From assembly GCA_963736295.1 (NCBI GenBank), contig CAVTOH010000002.1:145822-209821 (forward strand): a stretch of 64,000 bases of DNA, read 5' to 3'. The notes under the pieces are model-generated. The model had not been told where the DNA came from, made no database searches, and was given only the letters and a program-made list of their open reading frames with translations. This DNA is from an uncultured Actinomycetes bacterium (lineage in GTDB: Bacteria; Actinomycetota; Thermoleophilia; Gaiellales; Gaiellaceae). The translations under genes and the position numbers were made by a program. Shown piece after piece: positions 16,858 through 26,572 of this stretch. Within the stretch, counting starts at the first letter, position 1; the number at the start of each line of letters is the position of its first letter.

Positions 16858-19080
16858 ATGCCCCGCACCACGCAGACCAACCACAACCTCGCGGCCCGCA
16901 TGGGTCGCTGGAGCGCCAGCCACTGGAAGACGGCCACCTTCGGTTGGCTCGCCTTCGTTCTCGTCGCCTTCGGGCTCGGAGGCCTCGCCGGTACGAAGAT
17001 CATCACGAACTCGGCCGGACCGGGCGAGTCCGGCCGTATGGACAGAATCCTCGAGGCCGGCTTCGAGCAGCCCGCCTCCGAGCACGTCCTGATTCAGAGT
17101 CGGTCGGCCCGTGTCGGCACGACCGCCTTCGATTCCACGATCGCGGACGTCGTCGCGCGCGTGTCGGCGGTGGCGGCCGTCCAAAACGTCCGCTCGCCAC
17201 TTGCACCTGGCTACGCGGCCCAGATCTCCAAGGATCGGCACTCCGCGCTCGTCCAGTTTCAGATCCGCGGTGACAAGGAGAAAGCGGTCGACAAGATCGC
17301 TCCGGTCCTCGCTACCGTCGCCGCCGTGCAACGCGCCCACCCGGGCTTCACCATCGGCGAGTTCGGCGATGCGAGCGCCGAAAAGGGCGTCGTCGAGTCC
17401 TACGACAAGGACCTCGGCAAGGCGGGCGCGCTCTCGCTTCCGATCACGCTGATCGTCCTGGTGCTCACGTTCGGCTCGCTCGTCGCGGCGGGCATCCCGC
17501 TCTTGCTCGCGCTGACCGCCGTGTTCGCGACCTTCGGGCTCGTCGCGCTTTCGAGCCTCGTGCTGCCGGTCGCGATGCAGGCCCCCGCGATGGTGCTCCT
17601 GATCGGGCTCGCGGTCGGGGTCGACTACTCGATGTTCTATTTGAAGCGGGAGCGCCAGGAACGAGCTGCCGGGCGCAGCGAACGGGCAGCTCTGGAAGCC
17701 GCGGCCGCGACCTCGGGCCGCTCGGTGCTCATCTCCGGCTTGACCGTGATGGTCGCAATGGCCGGCATGTTCCTTACCGGAGACAAGACGTTCTCATCTC
17801 TCGCTCTGGCCACCATCCTCGTCGTGGCCGTGGCAGTGCTCGGATCGCTGACGGTCCTGCCCGCCGTGCTCTCGCGGCTCGGCGACAGGGTCGAACGTGG
17901 GCGAGTCCCGTTCGTCGGTCGCCTCCGCCGTGATGACGGGGAAGGGCGGGTCTGGGGGGCGATCGTCGATCGCGTCCTGCGCCGGCCCGCTGTCTCAGCT
18001 GCCGTCGCAGCCGGTCTGCTGCTGACGCTCGCTGCGCCCGCGTTGCAGCTCCGCCTTGCGGCGCAGGGACCGGAGTCGTTCCCCGACTCGATCGCGGTCA
18101 TCAAGACGTACGACCGCATGCAGCAGGCGTTCCCTGGCTCGGCGCTTCCGGCCCAGGTGGTCGTCAAGGCACCGAGCGTGCAGACGCCGGCGATGCAGGA
18201 GGCGATTGCGCAGCTCGAGCAGCGGGCGCTCGCGAGCGGTCGCGCGTTCGAGCCGATCACCGTGGACGTGAACGAGGAGGGGACGGTCGCGAACATCACC
18301 GTCCCGATCGCAGGCAACGGAACCGATGCTGCCTCGAACGCGTCCTTCCGCATGCTGCGCAATGAGGTCGTCCCCGAGACGGTCGGCGCCCTTCCGGACA
18401 CGCAGGCCGGAGTGACAGGGCAGACTGCCGCGTGGAGGGACGAGGCAGACGCACTGAAGTCGAACCTGCCTCCCGTCGTCGCCTTCGTCCTCCTTTTCGC
18501 CTTCGGCCTGATGCTGGTCGCATTCCGCTCGATCGTGGTCGCGGCCAAGGCGATCCTGCTCAACCTGCTCTCGGTCGCCGCAGCCTATGGCGTGCTCGTG
18601 CTCGTCTTCCAGCACGGCGTCGGCGAGGGACTGCTCGGCGTGAGCTCCGCAACCGGGATCGACGCGGTGGTGCCGCTGCTCCTGTTCGTGATCCTGTTCG
18701 GCCTGTCGATGGACTACCACGTGTTCATCCTGAGCCGGATCCGGGAGACGTTCGACCGCGGCAAGAGCATGGATGAGGCGGTCGCGCACGGGATCAAGTC
18801 CACGGCCGGGGTGGTCACGAGCGCAGCGATCGTCATGGTCGCCGTCTTCGCGATCTTCGCGACGCTCTCGTGGCCGTTCTTCAAGCAGTTCGGCGTCGGG
18901 CTCGCGACCGCGATCCTGATCGACGCGACGATCGTCCGCGCAGTGCTCCTGCCAGCGTCGATGAAGCTGCTCGGGGACTGGAACTGGTACCTGCCCTCGT
19001 GGCTCCAGTGGCTTCCCCGTCTCGATCACGATGAGACGGAGGCAACGTCCGAGATCGAGCCGTCGGCTGCCTCTGCTTAG
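16858..19080 (+). CDS. MMPL-family (RND superfamily) membrane transporter
   Basis: 740 aa with two 6-TM bundles carrying GVDYSMFY and GLSMDYHVFILSRIRE motifs. AAAGGAG Shine-Dalgarno before ATG 16858. Confidence 0.9.
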   Translation: MPRTTQTNHNLAARMGRWSASHWKTATFGWLAFVLVAFGLGGLAGTKIITNSAGPGESGRMDRILEAGFEQPASEHVLIQSRSARVGTTAFDSTIADVVARVSAVAAVQNVRSPLAPGYAAQISKDRHSALVQFQIRGDKEKAVDKIAPVLATVAAVQRAHPGFTIGEFGDASAEKGVVESYDKDLGKAGALSLPITLIVLVLTFGSLVAAGIPLLLALTAVFATFGLVALSSLVLPVAMQAPAMVLLIGLAVGVDYSMFYLKRERQERAAGRSERAALEAAAATSGRSVLISGLTVMVAMAGMFLTGDKTFSSLALATILVVAVAVLGSLTVLPAVLSRLGDRVERGRVPFVGRLRRDDGEGRVWGAIVDRVLRRPAVSAAVAAGLLLTLAAPALQLRLAAQGPESFPDSIAVIKTYDRMQQAFPGSALPAQVVVKAPSVQTPAMQEAIAQLEQRALASGRAFEPITVDVNEEGTVANITVPIAGNGTDAASNASFRMLRNEVVPETVGALPDTQAGVTGQTAAWRDEADALKSNLPPVVAFVLLFAFGLMLVAFRSIVVAAKAILLNLLSVAAAYGVLVLVFQHGVGEGLLGVSSATGIDAVVPLLLFVILFGLSMDYHVFILSRIRETFDRGKSMDEAVAHGIKSTAGVVTSAAIVMVAVFAIFATLSWPFFKQFGVGLATAILIDATIVRAVLLPASMKLLGDWNWYLPSWLQWLPRLDHDETEATSEIEPSAASA

Positions 19081-19090
19081 GCCTGTCGAC

Positions 19091-19120
19091 GACCCCGGCC
19101 CACGTCAGTGGGCCGGGGTC
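19091..19120. terminator. 13-bp perfect stem-loop between convergent genes
   Basis: GACCCCGGCCCAC-gtca-GTGGGCCGGGGTC followed by GTTTCGGG. Confidence 0.6.
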
Positions 19121-19151
19121 GTTTCGGGCGGCGACGCCTGAGGATGGCCCC

Positions 19152-19904
19152 CTACCGAGCCTCCCCGCCCCCGCTGTGCGGCGGCAAGAAGGTCTCCGTC
19201 TCGTAGCTGTGGAGCACGGCCGCGGTGTGGAGCCCAGCATGCGCGATCGGCGCGCCGATCGGGTTGAGAGTGACGAGCGTCGGTACGCTCCAGACGACGT
19301 CTCCCACCAGCGGCTTGGTCACTTTGTCCGAGCGGAAGTCGCTGTAGCCGAAGTGATAGATGGCTGTCATCGCCAGCGAGGCGAGGAGCGCGACGAAGCC
19401 GATCACGACCCTGCCGGCGCGGCGCTGGTGCAGCCGGCTTTCCGCTAGCGCCGCGAACACGACGAGGATCGGGAAGACCGACAGCAGCAGGCCGTCCGTG
19501 ATTCCGTAGACGATGCCGCGCCAGAGCACGGCGCCGACCAGCTCGAGTCCGTCCGGACGCGAGGTCGCGTCATCCGTCCGCATGACCATGACAGCCATGA
19601 CGCCGGCGGCGACGAGGCCTAGACCGACAGCCAAGAGCCAGCGGCGGCGAACGGCCGCCATGAGGTCGTACCCGGTCGACCGGGACCAGAGTGCGAACAA
19701 GGTGACGACTACGAGCGCATACATGCCGTAGTAGACGTCGCGGTTGACCTCGAAGACCACACCGAAGGCCGAGCGAGCCTCCGCGAGGAGAAACGGCACG
19801 GCGAACGCTACGACGAAGCCTGCTGCAAGCCACGCCCAGTGAGCGGACACGCCCAGGCGCGTGCTGACACGCACGTCGTGGTGTCGAACAGCGTGGGTGC
19901 TCAT
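19152..19904 (-). CDS. Polytopic membrane protein (hypothetical)
   Basis: 250-aa ORF with about 7 hydrophobic segments and coding bias. No family recognised. Confidence 0.55.
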   Translation of the reverse strand: MSTHAVRHHDVRVSTRLGVSAHWAWLAAGFVVAFAVPFLLAEARSAFGVVFEVNRDVYYGMYALVVVTLFALWSRSTGYDLMAAVRRRWLLAVGLGLVAAGVMAVMVMRTDDATSRPDGLELVGAVLWRGIVYGITDGLLLSVFPILVVFAALAESRLHQRRAGRVVIGFVALLASLAMTAIYHFGYSDFRSDKVTKPLVGDVVWSVPTLVTLNPIGAPIAHAGLHTAAVLHSYETETFLPPHSGGGEAR

Positions 19905-20067
19905 GACATCTCCTTCCTGGATCCGATCGTCGCGCGCTCAGGTCCGCCGCGCATCGGTAACCGGGGGCAAGGGCCCCCTCGGCTTTTCCGCACACTGGTG
20001 GGCCCACCACCGCCAGCGGAGCGTCCGGTCGCGCCGAGCTCGGCCGGACGTCGAGTCGCTCCGTCGG

Positions 20068-20796
20068 CTACCGCTTCGTAATGACTCCGCTGCCCGAAAC
20101 CTCGGTCGCGAGGCTGTTCGGGTCGCCGCCGTACACGATCACACCGCTGCCGGGCACGGATGCGGCAAGCGAACGGGTCGCATGAACCTGAATACGCCCG
20201 GATCCTGACAACGTCGCCACGACGTCGCGTGCGACGAGGTCCTGGAGTCGGACGTCGCCCGAGCCGCTCAGGTCGACGTCGAGCTGGTCGGCCGTGCCGG
20301 TGATGCCGAGCACGCCGCTGCCGGGCATGCGTACTGTCAGCCGTTCCGCGGCCAGGCCCTCGACGCGAGCGACGCCACTGCCGCTGAGCACGACGGCTTC
20401 GAGCGTCGGGACCGTCACGTCGACGCCCATGGGGCTCCGAGTGGTGAAGCTTCCGCTGGTGCCTAGCACGAGCATTCCGCTTCGGACGTCCGTCGTGACG
20501 CGGTCGATGAGGTTGTCGTCGGCATGGACGACGACCGTCTGCTTCCCGCCGACGTGAACGGTAAGGACGCTGCTGCCGGCGAGATCGATCTCGGTGAACG
20601 AGGGGACGGTGCGTGACTGCGACGCAGAGACTCCCGAGCCCTGAATGCCCGTGGTGGATCCGGAGCCGCTCCCTCCATCGGTTCGTGCGAGCAACACGAC
20701 GGCCGTCCCGGCGAGGACGACGAGGGTCGCGAGAAGGATCACGTAGAGGCGACGCGGGGTGTGTCTGCTGGGCACCGGTGTGGGGGCGGTCGTCAT
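20068..20796 (-). CDS. Membrane-anchored GIN-domain / DUF2807-type putative adhesin-like protein
   Basis: N-terminal TM, then repeated beta-helix units ...SGSG(V/D)...(V/L) (LSGSGVARVEG, MPGSGVLGITG, LSGSGDVRLQD, LSGSGRIQVHA, VPGSGVIVYGG, VSGSGVITK). ATG 20796 follows GAAGGGAGAG and overlaps the upstream stop (ATGA). Confidence 0.7.
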   Translation of the reverse strand: MTTAPTPVPSRHTPRRLYVILLATLVVLAGTAVVLLARTDGGSGSGSTTGIQGSGVSASQSRTVPSFTEIDLAGSSVLTVHVGGKQTVVVHADDNLIDRVTTDVRSGMLVLGTSGSFTTRSPMGVDVTVPTLEAVVLSGSGVARVEGLAAERLTVRMPGSGVLGITGTADQLDVDLSGSGDVRLQDLVARDVVATLSGSGRIQVHATRSLAASVPGSGVIVYGGDPNSLATEVSGSGVITKR

Positions 20797-21374
20797 CGGG
20801 CTCTCCCTTCTCGATTGGAGATCGTGAACCCGGACCGGATCTGACGAACTCGGGCCTGCAGTTCCTCGGGCGGCAGAGCCGGATTCAGGAGCGGGCTCGC
20901 GGCGGGGTCCGTCACTAGTCGCGCGCACGCGACTGCGCAGGCAGGATCGAGCAGCAGGTCGTCGTCTTCGAGGTCGCACGCGAGGGCCGCGAGCTCCTCC
21001 GAGACGTGGACGACTCGGGGCTCGAGGCCCAGCTCCCCCGGTTGCGCCAGCCGGGCGCGGATCAACGCTGCGAACCAGTGCCGCTTCTCCGTCGTCGCTT
21101 CACGCGATGCATAGGACCGCACCTCGGCGATCACGTGCGCGTCGCGCTCGGCCGCCAGTCGATCGAGGAGATCCCACCGGCGCCACAATGCTCCCAGGCC
21201 ACGGCAGCCGACAACGACGCCTCCGAGCAAGAGCGGGATCGCCAAGGCGGGGCGAACCTGCGTGGCTACGAGCGCGAGCCCGAGCGCGAGCGCCGCAAGC
21301 GCCAGATCTTGCCATTCCTCCTGACGCAGCTCGCGGAGGCGTGCGGATGCGTCCTCAACAGCACGCGCGTACAT
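20793..21374 (-). CDS. Hypothetical protein with two central TM helices, translationally coupled to the GIN-domain gene
   Basis: ORF with coding bias (MYARAVEDASARLRELRQEEWQDLALAALALGLALVATQV...). Start chosen at ATG 21374. Confidence 0.5.
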   Translation of the reverse strand: MYARAVEDASARLRELRQEEWQDLALAALALGLALVATQVRPALAIPLLLGGVVVGCRGLGALWRRWDLLDRLAAERDAHVIAEVRSYASREATTEKRHWFAALIRARLAQPGELGLEPRVVHVSEELAALACDLEDDDLLLDPACAVACARLVTDPAASPLLNPALPPEELQARVRQIRSGFTISNREGRAR

Positions 21375-21610
21375 GGCAGAGGGAACACTCCAAGCTTGTC
21401 GTGCTCGCGGCATCCGCGGCAAGACTGAACGGGCTCGCGGATTTGCCGCACAGGCCGCACACGGCATGGCTTGCTGCGGGGCCAGGAGTACCAGCCGCCG
21501 GTCATCCGAGTCACGAGGATCCGTAGAAACCCACGTACGGAACAGGGCTTTCTCGACTGTGGTCCGAGCGCGAAGTGCGCAAGCTCGGTCGACACGGACC
21601 GGAGGGGACG

Positions 21611-23248
21611 ATGGACGCCGACAGGAAAAAGCGGGTCCTCATTGCCGGTGGAGGCGTGGCCGCACTCGAAGCCGCGCTTGCACTACAAGACCGCGCGGCC
21701 GATCGGGTCGCCGTCGAGCTCCTGGCTCCGGAGCCCCACTTCTGGTACAGACCGCTCTCGGTAGCAGCGCCCTTCCAGCTCGGCGAGGTCACACGCTTCG
21801 AGCTCGATGGGCTTGCACGCCGGACCGGCGCCAGCTTCACGCTGGGAGGTCTCACCGGTATCGACGAATGGAGACACATCGCATACACGTCAACGAATAC
21901 CGAGATCACGTATGACACGCTCCTCATCGCATGCGGGGCGCTGCCATTACCAGCCATTCCCGGCGCGCTCACGTTCCGCGGCCCTGCGGACATCGAGGTC
22001 ATCCAGCGCCTCCTCGAAGAAATCGCGCGTCGTGACGTGCGCTCGGTGGCGTTCGTCATCCCGTGGGGGGCCGGCTGGTCTTTGCCCGCGTACGAGCTGG
22101 CTCTCCTCACGGCTAGCCACCTCCGTGGACTTGGTGTGATGGACGCCGAGCTCACGCTCGTGACGCCCGAGATCGAACCGCTGCAGCTGTTCGGACCGCC
22201 GGCGAGCGCAGCCGCCCACGCGCTGCTTCAGGAGCACGGCGTGACTCTCCACGCCGGTGCATATGCAGGAGAGTTCGCCGACGGAGAGCTCAAGCTCATT
22301 CCGGACGGCAGCGTTTCGGCCGATCGTGTCGTTGCGCTTCCGAGGCTTCATGGCGCTCCGATCGACGGGCTGCCGCAGACCGTGCACGGATTCATCCCGG
22401 TCGACGCACACTGTCGCGTGCATGGAGTCGCCGACGTCTACGCCGCAGGCGACATCACGAGCTTCACGGTCAAGCAGGGGGGAATCGCCGCGCAGCAGGC
22501 AGACGTTGCGGCAGCGGCGATCGCGGCGGAGGCAGGCGCATACGTCACGCCCACACGCTTCCGGCCGGTGCTGCGCGGGCTGCTGCTCACAGGCCAACAG
22601 TCGCGGTATCTCCGCCGCGAGGTCAGCGCTGAACCCGACCAGCCGCCGGTCGCCTCCTACGAGCCGCTCTGGTGGCCTCCGGCGAAGATCGTCGGCCACT
22701 ACCTGGCGCCATTCCTCGCGTTGCTGGTCGGTGCCGACGAGCCCACCAGTACTGGTGATCGTCCGGCCGGGGCGGTCCCCCTCGAAGTAGAGCTAGATCA
22801 CGAGACGCTCGCAGAGTTGAGGTCGAGCAGGTTGAGCCTCGACGAGGCGAGTGACCAGGGACGCGCGGTCCAGGAGCTCATGACCAAGGATCCGGTCGTA
22901 GTCGCTCCCGAGGACACGCTGGGAGAGGCGGCTGAGCTACTGGTCGAGCGCGCCGCGACGGCGGCCGCCGTCGCCGAGTACGGGCACCTGATCGGGATCC
23001 TCACGGCTCACGACCTCGTCCGCGCCGGCGCCGCGCGAGTGCATCCGAGCGACGGGCGAGTGCGTCAGTGGATGACAGTCGAGCCCGTCACGGTCTCGCC
23101 GCAGTCATCCGTTGCAGCTGCCGTCCAAATCGCAAAGGAGTACGGCATCCGGCACCTCCCGGTGGTGGACGACGACCGTCCGATTGGGATGCTCCACCTG
23201 GACGAAGCCATGCAGCAGGCAGGAGTGCCGATCGGCCTCGTCTCGTGA
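21611..23248 (+). CDS. FAD/NAD(P)-dependent pyridine nucleotide-disulfide oxidoreductase (SQR/NDH-2-like) fused to a C-terminal CBS pair
   Basis: KRVLIAGGGVAALEAAL dinucleotide fold and DVYAAGDITS second FAD motif. The C-terminal 130 aa has two CBS modules (LMTKDPVVVAPEDTLGEAAELL..., WMTVEPVTVSPQSSVAAAVQIAKEYGIRHLPVVDDD). GGAGGGG Shine-Dalgarno before ATG 21611. Confidence 0.75.
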   Translation: MDADRKKRVLIAGGGVAALEAALALQDRAADRVAVELLAPEPHFWYRPLSVAAPFQLGEVTRFELDGLARRTGASFTLGGLTGIDEWRHIAYTSTNTEITYDTLLIACGALPLPAIPGALTFRGPADIEVIQRLLEEIARRDVRSVAFVIPWGAGWSLPAYELALLTASHLRGLGVMDAELTLVTPEIEPLQLFGPPASAAAHALLQEHGVTLHAGAYAGEFADGELKLIPDGSVSADRVVALPRLHGAPIDGLPQTVHGFIPVDAHCRVHGVADVYAAGDITSFTVKQGGIAAQQADVAAAAIAAEAGAYVTPTRFRPVLRGLLLTGQQSRYLRREVSAEPDQPPVASYEPLWWPPAKIVGHYLAPFLALLVGADEPTSTGDRPAGAVPLEVELDHETLAELRSSRLSLDEASDQGRAVQELMTKDPVVVAPEDTLGEAAELLVERAATAAAVAEYGHLIGILTAHDLVRAGAARVHPSDGRVRQWMTVEPVTVSPQSSVAAAVQIAKEYGIRHLPVVDDDRPIGMLHLDEAMQQAGVPIGLVS

Positions 23249-23323
23249 TGCGGGCCTATGCTGCTCCGAGTTGCTCCTGAGGCAGGCTGAAGGAAGGAAG
23301 ACCGAAGGTCGGGAGATCTCTGA

Positions 23324-25990
23324 GTGCCAGCTACGAGCGTCCCAATCGAGACGGTTGACGTCATCCTGCGCGACGGGAGCACGCTTCGGCTACGCGCTCC
23401 CGTCCCCGAGGACGGGCCGGCCATCATTCGCTTCTTCAGCGAGCTCTCGGACCGCAGCTTCTACCTCCGCTTCCACGGACACCCGACGATCGACGAACGC
23501 CTCGTCGAGCCCGTCGTCGATCCCGACTGGATCGATCGTGGCGCGCTCATCGGATCGGTCGTCGAGGGAGGCGAGGACCGAATCGTCGCTCTCGCCAACT
23601 ACGTCCGTCTTCGCGATCCGCTGGCTGCTGAGGTCGCTTTCGCGGTCGCGGACGCGTACCAGGGGCGCGGCATCGGGACACGACTCGTCGAGCAGCTCGC
23701 CTCTCGCGCGGCCGGTCGTGGAATCGAGCGTTTCATCGGCGAGGTGATGGCTGATAACTCCGCGATGATCAACGTCTTCGAGGGCGTGGGCTTCGAGGTC
23801 GCGCGAACGTTCTCCGGTGGCGAGGTCGAGATGACGTTCCCGATCGCCCCGACGGCCGGATACGCATCGCTGGTCGAGGAACGCGACCACACCGCGGTCG
23901 TCGCATCTCTCCGTCCGTTCTTCGAAGCGCGCTCGGTGGCTGTGCTCGGCGCCTCGTCGCGGAGGGGCACGATCGGAGGCGAGCTTTTTCGGAACATCCT
24001 CGAGGGCGAGTTCGCCGGGGCCGCGTACCCCGTGAACCGCAACGGACAGTCCGTCGCTGGTGTCCGGGGCTATGGCTCCATGGCGGACATCCCCGATCCG
24101 ATCGATCTCGCCGTTGTCTGCGTCCCGGCCGTCGCGGTACTCGAAGCGGTCGACTCCGTCCTCGAGGCCGGAGCTCGGGCCGTCTGCGTGATCTCTGCGG
24201 GGTTCGCGGAGGTCGGTTCCGAAGGAGAGGAGCGGCAGCGTGCACTGCTGGCCTCGATTCGTGCGCATGGAGCGCGACTTCTCGGACCCAACTGCCTCGG
24301 CATCTCCTCGTCGGCTGTCCAGCTCAACGCAACGTTTGCGTCCCGCTCGGCGCCGCCCGGGAACATCGGGTTCTCCTCTCAGAGCGGGGCTCTTGGACTC
24401 GCGATGCTCGAGGCCGCCGAGTCGCGCGGTCTCGGGTTGTCGGCCTTCGTCTCGATCGGGAACAAGGCGGACGTCTCCTCGAACGATCTGCTCGAGTGGT
24501 GGGAGGACGACCCGGCAACAGAGGTTGTACTGCTCTACCTCGAGTCGTTTGGCAACCCTCGACGATTCGGGACTCTGGCCCGCCGCGTCGCGCGGACGAA
24601 GCCGATCCTCGCGGTGAAGAGCGGAGCCACGGGTTCCGGTGCTCGCGCAGCAAGCTCGCACACGGCCGCGCTCGCCGGGTCGGAGGCGGCTGTCGACGCG
24701 CTGTTCCATCAGGCCGGGGTCATACGTGCGGGGTCTCTGGAGGAGCTCATCGACGTGGCCACTCTGCTCTCGACGCAGCCGATGCCGAGAGGCAGGCGCG
24801 TGGCGGTGCTGACGAACGCAGGTGGCCTCGGGATCCTGTGCGCCGATGCCTGCGAAGCGGCAGGCCTGGAGCTACCGCCGCTGAGCGAGGAGACCGTGCG
24901 CGCGATCGCGCCCTTGGTGCCGGGTGAGGCAAGCCTCGCCAACCCCGTCGACATGCTCGGGTCCGCGTCCGACACGTCCTACGAGAAAGTCCTGCCGCTC
25001 TTGCTCGCCGACCCCGGCGTCGACGCGGTGATCGTCCTGTTCGTGCCCGCAGTTAGTGCCACGGCGCACGCGGTCGCGGAGGCGATCGCCCGTGCGGTCG
25101 CAGCGGCAGGAGGCGAGAAGCCGGTCCTCGCGGTCGTCATGAGCGCCGAGGGAATTCCGGCGCCGTTGCGAGGGGAGCAGCCGGTCGCGGCGTTCTCTTA
25201 CCCCGAGTCAGCGGCGCGAGCACTCGGACGCGCGGCCGACCGTGCAGATTGGCTGCGGCGTCCGCTCGGGTCCGTCCAAGAGGTTGACGGCATCGATACC
25301 GACGCTGCGCTCGCGGTCGTCGAGCGTGCGCTCGGCGATGCGGAAGGCCGCTGGCTCGAGCCCGCCGAGGCGCGCGAGCTGCTGCTCGCCTACGGAATCC
25401 CGCTCGTGCCGGAGGAGCTCGCCTCATCCGCGGACGAGGCGATCACAGCCGCTGCAACCCTCGGCTATCCCGTCGTCGTGAAGACCGCGGCAGCCGGAGC
25501 GCACAAGACCGAGACGGGGGGTATTGCGCTCGATCTGACGAACGACGAGACGGTCCGCGATGCCGTCGGGCGGATCGGGGTTCCCGTCGTCGTACAGCCC
25601 ATGGTCTTCGGAGGAGCCGAGCTCCTCGCAGGACTCGTTCAGGATCCCGTATTCGGGCCGCTTGTTGCCTTCGGCCCGGGGGGCGTGCTCGCCGAGCTGA
25701 TCGGGCAGGCCTCCTTCAGGATCGCGCCACTCACCGACGTCGACGCCGAAGAGCTCGTCTCGGAGGGGAAGGCCGGTGTCCTCGTGCGCGGTTTCCGCGG
25801 CGCGCCGGCCGCGGACGTCACGGCGCTCATCGATCTCGTCCAGAGACTCGCACGGCTGGGACTGGACCTTCCGGCCGTCGCCGAGCTCGACCTCAACCCG
25901 GTCCTCGCACTTCCCGACCGGTGCGTCGTCGTCGACGCGCGCGTTCGGGTCGCGCGGTTCGACGCCCAGCCCCCGACGAAGGGCTGGTAG
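23324..25990 (+). CDS. GNAT acetyltransferase fused to an NDP-forming acyl-CoA synthetase-like module (Pat/PatA-type protein acetyltransferase architecture)
   Basis: N-terminal GNAT (AFAVADAYQGRGIGTRLVEQL). Then CoA-binding, succinyl-CoA-synthetase-like and ATP-grasp parts (SVAVLGASSRRGTIGG, GPNCLGI, SQSGALG, YPVVVKT...HKTETGGI). Confidence 0.8.
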   Translation: MPATSVPIETVDVILRDGSTLRLRAPVPEDGPAIIRFFSELSDRSFYLRFHGHPTIDERLVEPVVDPDWIDRGALIGSVVEGGEDRIVALANYVRLRDPLAAEVAFAVADAYQGRGIGTRLVEQLASRAAGRGIERFIGEVMADNSAMINVFEGVGFEVARTFSGGEVEMTFPIAPTAGYASLVEERDHTAVVASLRPFFEARSVAVLGASSRRGTIGGELFRNILEGEFAGAAYPVNRNGQSVAGVRGYGSMADIPDPIDLAVVCVPAVAVLEAVDSVLEAGARAVCVISAGFAEVGSEGEERQRALLASIRAHGARLLGPNCLGISSSAVQLNATFASRSAPPGNIGFSSQSGALGLAMLEAAESRGLGLSAFVSIGNKADVSSNDLLEWWEDDPATEVVLLYLESFGNPRRFGTLARRVARTKPILAVKSGATGSGARAASSHTAALAGSEAAVDALFHQAGVIRAGSLEELIDVATLLSTQPMPRGRRVAVLTNAGGLGILCADACEAAGLELPPLSEETVRAIAPLVPGEASLANPVDMLGSASDTSYEKVLPLLLADPGVDAVIVLFVPAVSATAHAVAEAIARAVAAAGGEKPVLAVVMSAEGIPAPLRGEQPVAAFSYPESAARALGRAADRADWLRRPLGSVQEVDGIDTDAALAVVERALGDAEGRWLEPAEARELLLAYGIPLVPEELASSADEAITAAATLGYPVVVKTAAAGAHKTETGGIALDLTNDETVRDAVGRIGVPVVVQPMVFGGAELLAGLVQDPVFGPLVAFGPGGVLAELIGQASFRIAPLTDVDAEELVSEGKAGVLVRGFRGAPAADVTALIDLVQRLARLGLDLPAVAELDLNPVLALPDRCVVVDARVRVARFDAQPPTKGW

Positions 25991-26087
25991 CGCCCCACGC
26001 CGCGTAGAAAGCACGCCTCCGCGGGGGTTTCTACAGATGCCTCCGCAAGCCGACTGCGGGAACCTCCCAGTGGCAAGGAGGTGTGAA

Positions 26088-26501
26088 ATGAAGACCATCG
26101 TCCTCGGCTACGACGATACGGAGCCTGCCAAGCGCGCTTTGGCACGCACCGTTGAGCTCGCCCGTACGTACCGGGCGAAGCCGCTCGTCGTCAGCGTTGC
26201 ACGGGCCTTGACGCCAGCAGGCCGCGGTATCGGCCCGATCGATCCGACGGATCCGCCCGAGCTGCATCGCGAGGAGCTTCTCCACGCGAAAGCAGTGCTG
26301 GACGAGGCAGGCCTCGAGGCTGACTACGACGTCGGTCTCGGCGATCCGGCAGACCTGATCCTGCTGGCGGCTGAGAACCGAGACGCCGACATGATCGTCG
26401 TCGGAACGGGCGAGCCTAACCTGATCTCGAGGCTTCTCGGGCTGAGTGTCAGCGAGGAAGTCCAGCGCCGCGCGAACTGTGACGTTCTGATCGTGCACTG
26501 A
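26088..26501 (+). CDS. Universal stress protein (UspA family)
   Basis: MKTIVLGYDDTEPAKRAL...ADMIVVGTGEPN...LGLSVSEEVQRRANCDVLIVH. AAGGAGG Shine-Dalgarno. Confidence 0.85.
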   Translation: MKTIVLGYDDTEPAKRALARTVELARTYRAKPLVVSVARALTPAGRGIGPIDPTDPPELHREELLHAKAVLDEAGLEADYDVGLGDPADLILLAAENRDADMIVVGTGEPNLISRLLGLSVSEEVQRRANCDVLIVH

Positions 26502-26572
26502 CTACCGCTTGCCGCACGCGGCGGGGTCTCACCCCGCGTGCGTGCGGCGGCGCCGTGAAAGGAGGAACCGCG

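Noticed and set aside
25995-26040. GTAGAAA...TTTCTAC inverted repeat after the Pat-like gene as a terminator
   Set aside because: - The stem is only 7 bp, with a 20-nt loop and no U-tract.
- The evidence is too weak to list as a feature.
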